DNA from: Rhina ancylostomus | Taxonomy: Eukaryota | Direction of reading: 5' to 3' | DNA: 64,000 bases | NCBI GenBank assembly: GCA_030265395.1 | Contig: JARFYF010000012.1 | Span: 38,408,393-38,472,392 of the forward strand | Shown: positions 14,070 through 26,997 of the stretch, piece after piece | How the letters are laid out: every line of letters begins with the position of its first letter | Numbering within the stretch: position 1 is the stretch's first letter | Translations under genes and position numbers: made by a program | Notes under the pieces: generated by a model | Seen by the model: the letters and a program-made list of their open reading frames with translations, nothing else | Database searches by the model: none | What the model was told of the DNA's origin: nothing

Positions 14070-14480
14070 TCTTCCACAAACTTAGCATCCCAGGTTGCTT
14101 TACAGCAAGTGCCTTTGAAGTGAAGCCACTGTTGTGACGGATGTTTGAACGTTGGGAACATGGCAGCCAATTTACACACAGCAAGATCCTATAACTAATG
14201 AGGTGATAACGGCCAGATAATCTAGAGATATTTAGTGGTGATTTGTTGATGGATGAACATTGGCCAGGGCACTGCTACAAAATCCCCAATCATCTTTTAG
14301 ATCTCATTGTTGAGACATTGTTGAGTCTTTTATTGAGAGGGCAGGTAATTTAATGCCTTGTTCAAGAAATGAGATTTCCAGCACTGTGACACACCTTCAC
14401 TACTACATTCAAAGGCCTAGACTTTGCTTCTGAAGTGTGGCTTGGGCCCACAGCCTTCTGACCAAATAAGGCACAATTGA
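14070..14480 (-). mobile_element. DeuSINE/SacSINE-like element
   Basis: tttgaagtgaagccactgttg...ggcagccaatttacacacagcaagatcctata...cttgggcccacagccttctgac is the reverse complement of the plus-strand copies at ~43700 and ~53830. Confidence 0.7.
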
Positions 14481-16519
14481 TGGTTGTTTTTTTTAAAGAA
14501 ATACTACATAGCATTGCACCACACAGGGCAAAAGATAATTTTCCCGAATGGGGTGACTGGAGCAAAGCAAAAATGATTCTGTTGACCGATGTGGGTTTGT
14601 TGATGGTTTTAGATTGTCAATTTACAGAAATATTCTCTTTCAGTATTTGTAGGAACGGTGACAAAAATATGTTGCAACTGATTTTGACTAATGGAAGAGA
14701 ATTTTTTTAAAAATCCCCTTCTGTACACTGCTGATGCAAGCAAAAATTTTTTACCCAACTAAAATGTAACTTTTAGTGAGCATTTTAAGCCACTTGAGAG
14801 GCTCTGGGGAGCAGATGACAGTTTCAATAAAAAGTCTATTTAAATTTCTATTTTAAACAAAAAGCTAAACCATGTGGAGTCTGGTCTGTACACCAGTGTT
14901 CTTGCAGCATTAAATCACGAAAAGAAAGCATCAGTAATCACCAGGGTCTTGACAAAATGAAATATACATGAAGACCACTGCTTGATAACAATTAAATACT
15001 TTCTCAAAGTCCCAAGCTTCTAGTCCTAGTTACATTATCTGATAGGCTAGGAATTCAGTGAAAGGTTTCATGCTGTGGAATAATTAAGAATGTTACCAGA
15101 ATGTGAAGTATTTTCTTTTAGTAATCACATTCCTAACTGTGCTTTTGATACAAGTTGCTTGATGTATCACCTCTGAGTAATAACTGTACACTCCAGGATC
15201 ATTTCTTGGTGTCTCTTGTCACTTAATCACAAGAGGACCAAAATAATATCTGAATCACATGTTACTTGCGCCCTGCTTTTTATTTCACTGCTGCTTTTAG
15301 GTGGGGTGGTTGCCGAGGGGAAACTGAAAGTGAACTTGAGGCAATGTAATTAGTGGCATTTTCTAAAAAGATTGTTTTGCTTCTGATGTGGGAACTGAGA
15401 ACATTAAGATGGGCAAAGGCTTCCTGTTCAACTGTAAGACAGGTGATTTGTTCCAGACTAGAAAAAGAAATGAAGCATTTTAAACAATCAGATCAGCACT
15501 TTTTACAAAATATCGTCATAGTTTGCTGACACTAATAATGTGAATTGACAACATGACTGCACTTCACAAAAGCAACTCGCTAAGGTGCTGATAATTTGAA
15601 ATATAAATGAAAACAAAAATTGCTAGCAATACTCAGCTTTCTACTCTGACTTTTTTATTCAAAGCCCTTGTATTAGCAAAAAAGTATAACTGCTTCAGAA
15701 CTTTTAAATGTTAAAAGTCTAAACAGTGTTATTATGAGCAATTTGAATTGAGTCATAATGAATATTTTGAGATTAGAATGAATGTTTTCCATGTAATTTG
15801 CCATGTAACTTTATACTTTCAATGATTCATCAAAGATACGAGCGGATAAGACGACTCTTCAATTTGGACAACAGATTCTGTACTCAAGTCTGGATAAAAC
15901 TGAAACCAAATACTCCAACCTTGGTTTGCTTCAAGAACTACTCCTGGAACTTATTTAATATAGAAAACAGGAGGGGCTACTCAAACTGTACTGCCTTTTT
16001 TTTGGTGTATAAATAATTTTTGAATTGCATTTAATTATAGTCTTGCTACAAAGCTGTAGAGACTTGAAGGAAAGCTTCAACTCCAAAGATGTTTAGTCTT
16101 TGCAGCATCAAGTTAACTTGGGAATCTAGCCAAGCAAAATACATTACAAAGGGTTCTGTGTGTTTTTGAAGCATTTCGATAATTACTTAGAAAATGAGTA
16201 TTCTGCTTTTTCTAATTATACATCTAGTTTAGGATTTTTTTCTATTTCTCTGAATATGATCTCATCTTTCAATTTAACAGTGCGTGCTCTAGCTGTACTT
16301 ATTGTGCCAGCACTATTTTACGTGGTTGCATCACTTTTTTTAAAGCTGCATTTGCCGCAAGACAATCAGATTTGGGTGAATTATCAAAAGAAGATTCAGT
16401 GGAGTATTTACAAAGTTCATTAAATAAACTTCAATATTGATTTTTTTTTTTGGAATGTAACATGTTCTTTAAACTCATTTAGCTATTTTTATAGAGACCA
16501 GTTCATACATTGCTGAAGC

Positions 16520-17070
16520 ATCAGATTGCAACGTAACTGGAGGGCACTTGGTCCATCAAGTCTATGCTGGCTGTAGGCAAGTGCAATCCAGCCATTTCCA
16601 GTCCTGTGCCCTCTTCCCCATTATGCTACTTGTACCTTCCTTTCAACTAATCCAGTTCTCTTTTGAACACCAGAACTGAACTGGACTCCTTTACTTTTTC
16701 TGGTAATGCATTCCAGACCCCAACCACTTGCTACGTGAAAAAATTTTCAAAGTGACACACTTTTGATTCTTTTGCCAACCATGTGCTCATTCTTGACCCT
16801 TCTATCTATGGAAGCATTTCCCCTCTCTGCTCTCCCTGGATGCTTCATGGTTTTAAATACTGCTAACAGATCCTCTCTCAACCATTGTCCAGGGAGCACA
16901 ATCTAAGTTTACCCACAGAACTAAACTCCCTCATCCTAGGAATCCTTCCAGATTAAGTTCTTTTGCTCTATCTTAGGCCTTTGCATTTTTCCTGAAGTGC
17001 GGTGCCCAGAACTGGACACTACTCTGGTACCCAAACCAGTGTTGTATAAAGACTTTACAAAAGAACTGAA
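16520..17070 (-). mobile_element. Decayed CR1 3' fragment
   Basis: gcattccagaccccaaccacttgctacgtgaaaaaattt and gtgcggtgcccagaactggacactactc (minus strand EY/CVQFW-like motif). Confidence 0.7.
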
Positions 17071-20000
17071 CAAAAGAAAGCCAGATTTTTCTCCTGGAAT
17101 CACAGAAATTCGTGTGAGACTATTGGAAGCTGACTCCAGCAGAACTAATCTCGACATCCCCATATTGTGACCCATTGCTTGTCGAGATATAGTGGGTAGG
17201 ACTCCACCTCCAACCCAGAAGTCATGGGGGCAGGGGTTCAGGTTTTGGCTGCAGAGTTTGGAATCCTATTGAGCCCAGTACAAAATCACATTCTAAGTGC
17301 TCACACAAGACCCCTCCGCTGACCTTTGACCTTTGGTAAGGTTGGCAGCCCTCCTGTATCATGGGCTTCAGGAATCTGACCTTAATCTCCTACTGCAAGC
17401 AACCATTGAGACAAATCAATGGGGAATTGTCACAATGAATACTCAAGGGTGAACCAGATTTATTTTATCACCTTCCTATTATAGTGCTGGTGATTGCTGT
17501 TCAATTCGATTAAGGCACCCTGTGATTATCCTCTGTCAATTATCTTATTGTTATTTTCTTGATCTGAATAAATGTGTTTAAAACTGTTCACTCCTGTAAG
17601 CCTTGCATCATGTAATGACACTATTTACCACGTATCCTACCAGGGCACTGGAAACCTAGATGTAGCAGGCAGTTCTAGTATCCCCCTTTCTTGGGCAGTC
17701 CCTCGAGGTTGACAATGACTTACTTGCTTCCCCTCTGGTTTTGTGGGTTCTGAGGTGGCACTTGAGGCCAATGTGGAACCATAGTATCATAGATTAAAAT
17801 GGCAATAGCACACTGGTTATGGTGCTGGATTAGTAATCTAGGGGCCTGGATTAATGGTGAGTATATGCTGATAATTGTAAAAGAGACCGTGAATATGTGC
17901 TATCCTTGTGCATCCCCTGGTTTACTGTTAAGATCCCTCTGAAGTGGTTTTGCCAGCCACTCGGTTGTCAGCACCTTGTCAGGAAAACAAGGGATAAGCA
18001 AAAGAAAATGCTGGCCTTGCCAGTGACTTCCCACAGTCTGTGAATGAATAACATGCAATAAAATATTTGTCAAGACCAGATGGAATTAAGTCAATGTCTG
18101 TTTATCTCATTCATTTTTTAAGTTTTATATTGCCTATGCACATCAGTGGAGGAATCGGGGTGGGGGGGGGGGGTGAGAATGGAGAAATTGTCTGTCTGTG
18201 ATTGACTTCAATGCGATTTGATAAGGAATAAAATTCAGTTTTGCCTTACCTAAAGAATCAAGAAACCTAAAATCAGGCATTCTTACAAGTTTGGGAAAAA
18301 AACACCTGTACAGCACTTGAAGTTTAAAACTGATAGAATTAGATAAATTTCTGTTGTACTATTTCTATTTCATTGCATCTGGCCTTCAGATCAAGGTTTA
18401 AAGTGTATTGCAATAAATGAGAGTTGTTGTGACCTAATGCAGGGTCAGTGCAAAAATGCTGCTTTTCAAATTTTTTTTCCAAGATAGCTCAGCAGCTGAA
18501 TTCTTAAAGTGTAACCTGAAACCTATTTGAAAAGATATTAATCACGGCATCTGGTATTTTACTTTCTGTGAGTTAAAACTGAAGTTTTGCAAGCAAATGT
18601 TAGCTCAAGTGTTATATACTTAACTGAGTCAACAGTGTGATTTGCCTGCCCATTTTAATCACATACAATACAAAAAAGGGGAAATGAGCCAAGAGCTGTA
18701 GAACTGGAAGCATAGAGACCTGTGTTAATATCACCTCACTCATGATCTTAGAAGCTCAGCATGAATTTGCAGGCATTCCACTTAAAATCATTTTGTGACT
18801 GAAGGATGTGTTCAATAACCTTTTTTTTGTCAGTTTCCAGTTGTGACATCTGTAAACAAAAAATATATGTATCTGAAGTGGAGAAAATCATTTGAAACTG
18901 AACATTTTTCACAACTTGATTGGCAATTCTCAAGTAAGATTGCCAATACTTGTAATGGGTCTTTAACCCAGCCAGCGAGAAGATTATGTTTGGGTTATTC
19001 AAGCATCTATTACAGCGAGGGGATCATAGCTACAAAGCATATTTAACCTAGCCAATTTGCAGAGTGTACTTGTAATGGGTGTTTAACCCAGCCAATGAAC
19101 AGATTACACGTGATACTATGCTACTAAACCAATGAACAGATTGCACTTCTAATGGCTATGTTACAGTCAGTTATTGAGTTGTAATTGTTGAAATGTAATT
19201 TAAAAACCTGCAAAAGTATTACTGTCAATTCATGAATTTTAAAGAGAAACAGGCACCTTTTTTTAATCCAGAATGGTCTCGGGTGGATTTAAGTGATGTC
19301 CTTGGTATCTTTGGGTAGTGTGATTTGTGTTTGAAGTGGATACATTTTATAATAGATTATAACGGGGATAAGAAAGTAGTTTTTTAATTTAGCAAAACTT
19401 GGATATAACACAATATTTAATTTTCAGAGAGGGCAGGAATAGATATAAACTCAGTTCAAAACAATGAATTTCCCAGAATGTTGTTGATGCAGCAAATTTT
19501 GATTAATTTCTGATGTGATAATGACATTTTTCCATTTCTACCCAAGTTCTAGTTTGAAGCAACGTATATTTGTAGAAGCAGCTAGCAGTAGTTTACTGGA
19601 AAATACGTGAGAGTGACATCAGGGAAAGATCACCCACAGATTGCTGATAGTTTATTTTCCAGTAAGTCAGTATGTAAGTCATTTGTTGTTTCTTCTAACC
19701 ATGTGCTCTATTGACCTTATTGGACATTTCCAATTACTTCAGAAAATGAAGCAATGTTGTATTTATATGGTATTTACTCAGTGTAATATTGCTCCTTTTT
19801 TTAAAAAAAGGCAGTGCATAATTTTAGTTGCACTTGCAGCCTCTCATTGGACTTCAATATAAATTTGCATTTGCTGCTCGGGTCATGAAAGTTCCAGTGC
19901 AAGTTGCCAACCTGTAAGCTCTGCAGTCTGTTCTGAGTGGTACTGAATAACATGTGAGTGCAACAGTAATTTTGTTTTTGCATACTTCCACTGTAACTAG

Positions 20001-20469
20001 GGTTTGAAGTGTGCAATCTGTAATCTAGATTGGGATATAATAAAGGGAGGGTGGGGTTGAGATTATTTCTCAGTTGGAAGAAAACTGAAATGCAAGGCGA
20101 AGCCAGTTTTGTTTACTTTTCATTGAAAAATGCAAGAATTTGCAAGAAGCAGTGATTATAATTGTGTTCAACAAGCCAGGTCATTAATCTTGCCAAAATC
20201 ATTTTGGCACTTTCATTATGTCAATGGGACTCTTGGCTATTTTACTTCTGCTGATTTAGCTGGGATGAAAGTCGAGAGGTTTCAGGAGGTCAACAGAAAG
20301 GGGCATCGTTCTCAAAACAGTAATTGAGCAAAAATACTTTGGCTTCAGAAATACATTTGAATGAAACCATGGCCACAGTATTTGTAAAACTGAGCTTTTT
20401 GTCAGATATCAGGACTTGTTTTGATTTAATCTTACAATGTTCTTTTCCTACATCTGGGGAATGAATTAA

Positions 20470-21670
20470 TTTTGTTACAAGGTGAAGTTAAATTTTCTAA
20501 AAGGCTGGCTCGCAAAATTGGAGCCCATAAAATAAAAGGATTGGTGATGGCATTAATATGAAATAATATGAAACCGTCGGGGATAACGTGCAGGGTCATG
20601 GTAAAGCATTGTTTTTGAGACTTCAGGGAGTTGGATTGTGCTCTTTGCCAGGGATCAGTACTGGAACCATTTCATATTTTTTTTTAATATGTTAGTGACT
20701 TAGACACTGGTGTGCAGCGTAAGATTTCTGAATTTTGTGGATGATGTAAAGTTTGGAAGTGTGGGAAGCATTAAGATGGATAATGCATTTCAGGTGGACG
20801 TTGCCAGGTGAAGTGGACAGACATGGCAGATGAAATTTAATATAGAGAATTTCAAAATGATGCATTTTGGCAGTGAAACAAGGGAAGATGGTATGAAGCC
20901 AAGAATACAATTCCATAGGGGTGATGGAACCAGGACACCTGGGTGCATTGTAAAAAAAGATTGTGCAATTTTTTTCTTTGCAGGGTTGCTAACTTCAGCT
21001 GTTGAGGCTTTCCTTTACATGCAGTGGTGGGCAAGAAATGAAGGATGGCATCCAGGACTCAGTCTTAGGGTATGGGGAGAGGGCTACCTTCATAGGTCTG
21101 CTTGGGGACCTTGAGAAAATTGGAGGATAATGAGAGGGGTGCACAAAATCTTGAGGGGTGAAGATCAAGTCAAGTAAGTTTATTCTCATGCACACAAGTA
21201 CAGTGAGGTACAGGTACAATGAAAAAACTTGCAGCAGTTTCACAGGCACATTGGTACAGACAACACACAGAATATATATTATACAAGTCAGTGAAGGGGG
21301 GAAGGCATCGCTGTAAAAAGTAAATACAATCAGAAACGAGTCCATGGCATTGTAAGAGGTGGTCAGTAGGTTCCATTGCTGAGGTAGGGTTAGGGTTATG
21401 CAGGTTGTTTCAAGAACCTGGTGGTTGTAGGAAAATAGCTGTTCCTGAACCTAGTGGTGTAGAACTTCAGTCTTCTGTACCACCTGCCTGACGATAGCTT
21501 AAACAGCATAAAAGTAAGGGGTCTGAGATCAGAGGACAAGGATTTAAAGCGATAGGTATAATATTCAGGGGTGGCGTGAGGAAGAGCTTTTTATAATGTC
21601 ACGAGCAGTTACATGTACTGGGAGCTGAGGAAGGTTGATGGATACTGATTCAGTGAATTTTGAAAGGGAA
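20470..21670 (+). mobile_element. Decayed CR1 RT fragment, interrupted by a Rex-Babar insertion
   Basis: ccagggatcagtactggaacc (PQGSVLGP-like), ttttgtggatgatgtaaag (FADD-like), tggcagatgaaatttaat (WQMKFN). Resumes after ~21500. Confidence 0.7.
21165..21498 (-). mobile_element. Rex1/Babar-type LINE 3' end
   Basis: Minus strand LSSGRWYRRLKFYTTRFRNSYFPTTTRFL resembles the Rex-Babar LPSGRRYR...TTR.KNSFFP motif; 3' tail aataaacttacttgacttga. Confidence 0.8.
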
Positions 21671-21674
21671 TTTA

Positions 21675-22015
21675 CAGGCACCACAGTGCTGCAGCTTGTA
21701 GAGCCGCTGCCTTACGGAGCCAAAAACCAGCATTCAATCCTGACCTGTCTCGTGCGGTGTTTGCACGTTCTTTCTGTGATTCTGTGGATTTCCTTTGGGT
21801 GCTCCAGCTTCCTCCCAGGTCTTGCAGATGAATGAGTTGGTAGGTTAATTGTCTATGGCAAGTTGCCCCGAGTGTGTTGGTAGAATCTGAAGAAAGTTGA
21901 TGAGAAGGTGGGAGAATAAGAAATGTAATGTAGGTTAGTGTAAAATGGGTGCCCACTGGTCAGTGCAAACTCAGTGGGCCGAAGCGCCTGTTTCTGCTCT
22001 GTATCTCTCTCTGAC
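21675..22015 (+). mobile_element. V-SINE/HE1-like SINE
   Basis: tRNA-like head gctgcagcttgtagagccgctgcc...ttcaatcctgacc, V-domain gtttgcacgttct...gggtgctccagcttcctccc, CR1-like tail gggccgaagcgcctgtttctgctctgtatctct. Confidence 0.85.
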
Positions 22016-25000
22016 CCGAAAAGTTAGAAGGTTTAAGAAAAAATTGCAGGGCAGTAGAGATGGAGAGTGAGGCTCTGGAAAGAACTGGCTTGGTTCCAAA
22101 GGCTGAAATCCTCCTCCTCCTGTTCTATAACAGTTCTACAATTCTAAGTAACTGTTTGCTAATCAGTCACTAAGGAAGTTATTGCCTTTTTAATTATTTT
22201 GACCAGATGCCAAACTATGCTCCTCTCTCACCTGAGACAGATTTCTCATGATGGATCTGAATCCTTGAAGTAATAAATAATCATCAGTAATGGCTTCTTT
22301 GGTTATGTGGGTTGAAAGTTTGACACTAGAGGGCAATTGAGTGCTTTGGTGAACATTGTACTCTGAACCAATGTAGGTACTTCCTTAACTGGAGCTGTTC
22401 AAAGTGTACTCAGCCTGGCTTTGTGCCTGTGGAGATTTTTATCACGAGGTTTCAGTAAAATATTATGCTCTTAAGTAGTGGCAAAGACTGCAATACAGTT
22501 AGATGGCTCTTGCAAGCTCTATTGGAAATAGGAAAAAGCTAATGCCCTTGGGGAAACCCCAAAGTGGGTTCTGACCAATGAAGTAACTTTTGAAGCATAA
22601 CCAATGTTGTAATTAAAGGTGCCAAAGAGACCAATTTACACACAGCATGCCCCCACAGAGAGAAGTGCAGTAAATGACCATATCATTTGCTTTAGTAATG
22701 TTGATTGTTGGGCAGGAGCCTAGGCAGAACTTCATGCTGTTCTTCACAGTGGTGCCGTGAGGTTTTCATGTTTATTATTGTCATAGGCACATGTATACAG
22801 GGTATAAATGCCATGAAAATTAGTTTTTTGCAGCTGCAGCCCAGTGCATTATAAGATGAGGACAAAGTTCACCTAATTATTCATCCATTTTCACTTGAGA
22901 AGGTAAGTGGGTTCTTGGATAATTTTTGAAAGGTAGCACTTCTGACAATGTGATTCTCCATTGGCACTGGAATGTCGATCTGGGCAATGTGATCAAATCC
23001 TTGGTGGGGGGGGAGATCTCCCCCCCCCCCCCCCCCCCCCCCTCTCTTTGTATTATAAGTAGCTGTGTACAGGAAGTTAAAGAATAAATGTTTCATGAAA
23101 ACCACATCACAGCAGTTGCTGGCTAGTTTGTTGTGTTGGATGCTGAGATATGTGGAGTATTTGGAATAACATGGGTCTTTGACTCATCCTCAGTGGCTTA
23201 ATCATAATATAGGCCTCTGCTTTAATATGGAGGCCTCCTGTGGCCAATTATACTCAAATAGATGAGTAGAGTCTAGAAAATATTCTCTTTCAAAATTGAT
23301 TCTAGATTTGTTGTACGTGATGACGTGTTCCAACCAATATCAGTAAGCTTTAAGGATTTATTGTTAGATGCCTGTTGATAGGAACAAGCCACTACCCATA
23401 CCTGGAGGCCACTCATTAGCACTAATTTCGTTTACCAACTTTCCAAGATCGATCAAGTGTTTTTAGACATTAAAGATTAATCTCCAGGATGTTGCTGTGA
23501 CTGAGCAGGGAGAGAAGTTGAAAACAATTGTTTGCTTTATTTTCTTTTGAAGAATATTGCAGATGTGAAGCAGTGCCATTTGACTGGATAGGGAGGTAGG
23601 AGGTCATGTGATTAAAACCTCCAAGAATATGTCTGGCTAAAGAACCTCCTCTCTCTGTCATCATTTGCTCACGAGGCCAGATTCACTGTCCTGCCACCGG
23701 AACTAGGGCTGCAGCACTGGAGTGCTTATTTACCGACCTGTGCTCCATTCCAGCACTACTCCCCACTGGCAACATGACGCCATGAATTATGGTTCGAGTG
23801 GTGACAGCTGTTGGAGGGAACATAAGCACAGTCGGGCTACAAATCCCAGGCCCACAAAACATGGGGCCAGATCTTTGAGGTATTAATTCTGATAGGCTTG
23901 ACAAAAGATGTGACCTTTTGGTCACCTCGGAGACTGTAGGTCATGCGTTCAAGCTTCAACAATCCCTCCCCCGTCCAATATTCCTCGTCATCCCCAATCT
24001 ACCCCCATCCCGAGATTTGACGTGTGGTCTTCATTGGCACTTGACTGCAGCATTGAGGTAACACTTTTTAAGTTGGCGTGGAAGATCCATGATGCCGTTC
24101 AAAGTGGAGCAGGAAATTCTAATATCCTGGTCGATGTAAATAAATTAAGTGTCACTCATCTTCTTTCTTTGTGACATTTACAGAGTGTATCTCTTTACTT
24201 AAAGAGCTCTTTTTAAAATCAATTTGTTTCAAAATGCCCTGAGACGGACTGAAATTATTTTGTTCTAGACTGTTAAAAGTTGTTTTTGAACACATTTTTA
24301 TTTTAGTTTTATTTTTAGTGCAATGAACAAAAGTATTGCCTGTTGCATTTCTGGCCCATGCCAAAGAATTTATTCAATCATTATGTGCCTGTACTTGCAC
24401 GAAATCCTGCCCACTGAACTTCATTAGCCACCAGTCTACCAACAGCATGAGTTTAAGATATCATCCTTGCATTCAAATGCTTTATGGCCTGACTCTTTAA
24501 ACTCCCTTTAGCTTTATAGCTGTCTTGAAAATGTTTCCTCAGCTTTGGCACAACAACCACCATTTGCTTGACTATTTTGTTATTTCAAAAATAAACTTTA
24601 TTCATAGAAAATATCTACAGGAAATACATTACAATCAATACATGTCTTTCCTTGCATTCATAGTGTCATCAAAACAACAAATCAAAACATTCATTGTCCT
24701 GTCATACCAATACATTATATTTACAATGCACCAAAGCCAGTCATGCTTCCTGCTCCATTTTTGGTGGCCACATATAAAGTTGTCTAGGCTCTAGATTCTG
24801 GATTTTTCTTCTTAAGCTTTTGCCTGCCATTCCTCACTCCTCATTTTAAGGTGCTCTGAAAAACACTCTTCCGTCCAACTATTTGTTCTGATTTCTTATG
24901 TGGTCCAGTAAAAGGAGGAACATCAGAGGGAGAATGGAATAATATGTTGAGTAAAGTGAATTTTTTGTCTAATTGTGTTTTTGTGATGCTTGTTGGAGTA

Positions 25001-25457
25001 ATTGTCCCTGCTAATTGTGTTGCATAAATGCATTGTTAATTTGGTAAATTCCTTATCTCGTCTTCAACCTGCAGCCTCTTGCCTTTGAGGCTAATAATAA
25101 TAAAAAATGTGGAAAATAAAACTCGGCAGAGTGTAACATGGATAGTTGATTTGCTATTGCCTGTTTTGCAATACTACCAAGGTCAAATTTCATCCCCTGT
25201 GGGAAGTTGGTGATGGCTAGGCATGAGGCATTTTAGCAGTAATTTTTTTTTTTGCTTGAGTCTAGTGTTCAGTTTATATAGCTTCACGTTGAACCAATTT
25301 TGAACTGGGTTTTCCCAAACTCAAATCGTTAGGTAATCTGTAAGAATCTTACTATGCAAGCACAACAGATTACTTCAGCAAGCATAGGACAGCATCGGTT
25401 GCTTTTATAGGCTTCAGAAATATGTCAACCAGTTAATTGTTTATTGTAGGAATTATT

Positions 25458-26130
25458 AAGAGACATGAGACTGCAAATGCTGGAATCTGGAGCAACACAC
25501 AGTGCTGGAGGAACTCAGCGGGTCAGGCAGCATCTGTTGAGGGAAATGAACAGTCGACGTTTTGGGTTGAGACCCTTCATCTGGACTGGAAAGAAAGAGG
25601 GGTGATAGTCAATGTGAAAAGGTAGAGGGAAGGGATGGAGCAAGAGCTTGGCAGGTGATAGGTGGATCTAGGTGAGGGGAGTGATAGGCAGGTGAGTGGG
25701 AATGATATAAGAAGCTGGGAGGTGATAGGTGGAAGTGACAAAGGGCTGAAGGTGGACTCTGAGGGGAGAGGAAGGTGGAACATGGAATAAAGGGAAGGGA
25801 ACTGGTGGGAGGAGTGTCTGGGTGATGGGCAGATGGAGAAGGTGGGGAGGGGAAGACGTAGGGTGATGGGGGCCAGTTGGACCAAGAGGAGAGAGAAAAA
25901 GGACAAATGGGGGGTAAAGGGACTGGGGGAAGCAGTTATCGGCAGTTTGGGAATTTTATGTTCGTGCTGCCAGGTTGGAGACTGCCCAGGTAGAATATGA
26001 GGTGCTGTTCCTCTAATTTGCATTCGGCCTTTACCTGGCAGTGGTGAGGGCCATGGACAGATGTATCAGTGTGGGAATTGGAATTGAACTGGCTGGCCAC
26101 TGGGAGATCCTGGCTGGTACGGCGGATGGA
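25458..26130 (-). mobile_element. Penelope-like retroelement 3' fragment (GIY-YIG C-terminus, pyrimidine-rich UTR, terminal repeat)
   Basis: Minus strand SQDLPVASQFNS and KAECKLEEQHLIFYLGSLQPGSTNIKF match Penelope GIY-YIG motifs (LPVA.HFN; KLEEQHLIFRLG.LQP.G.N). Confidence 0.88.
25551..25588 (-). ncRNA. Degenerate minimal type I hammerhead ribozyme motif in the Penelope terminus
   Basis: Minus strand CAGTC-CAGATGA-A-GGG tctcaa CCC-AAAAC-GTC-GACTG: stems I and II intact, two core substitutions relative to CUGAUGA/GAAAC. Confidence 0.6.
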
Positions 26131-26596
26131 ACATATTATGAAGATTAGTTGCTTTTGAGGTTATGATGCTAGATTGAAATCTGAATTCTATGAAAGATTG
26201 TAGATTCCTTTTGAATAAGGATTTTACACCTTGCCCAAAATGAACCCAAGAATGTGCAATAGAACTTCCTGTATTTGATCCATTTTATTATTTATATCTC
26301 AACCAAAATGAATAATAAAACTATTGGACCTCCTTAATTTGATGCCAGGATATCAAATCCTGTAAGGTTGGTCCAGTCAACTAACACTGGCTGTTATAAG
26401 GGCTGTTCACTCTCAAATGCAGAGTACTTAATACCTCCCTAATTATTCAGGAACCACATAATGGCCTTTACCAGAAAATCTGGTGATCGCTTATCTTGAG
26501 GGTCAAATAAAACACACAACAATGTTGCATTTAGATCAGGATTCCCGCCAGAAGACACCTTCCCTCCTTTTAGGTTGGTTACAATCAGTTGGTATA

Positions 26597-26997
26597 CAGG
26601 CATTCCCTGGGTATGACAGGGTTCCTGAGAACTGTTCGTAACCCGAACTGTTTGTAAATCAGAAATGAACATAAACAGCGTGTGGGAGGAGACCACAGGA
26701 ACCACTATGGCCAGAGCGAGCAGGCGTGGGGAGACCAGCTGCCAGCCATTGCTCACTGACTCAGTGAGCAAGTCTGCTCAGTGACTCAGTGAGCAAGTCT
26801 GCTCAGTGGTCTCAGCTCGACCTAGTCCCTCAGAGGTTGGGGGGGAATGGAGGGAAGGCACATGGAAATGCCCTATTCCACCCGCCAGGTGATGGCTGCA
26901 GTCCCGCAGCAGCTTGCAAATCCATCCTGCACGTCTCTCAAGTGTTGTTCAAGTGTACCGGGTGTCCATACACGGTTTGTAACATGGGGAGCACATG
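26597..26997. mobile_element. Tc1/mariner (Tigger-like) non-autonomous DNA transposon
   Basis: TA on both flanks. Imperfect terminal inverted repeats caggcattccctgggtatga / tgtaacatggggagcacatg, with subterminal gttcgtaacc-type motifs. Confidence 0.6.

Noticed and set aside
25577-26023. 148-aa Pro/Ser/Leu-rich ORF
   Set aside because: Translation of the pyrimidine-rich Penelope 3' region, not a host gene.
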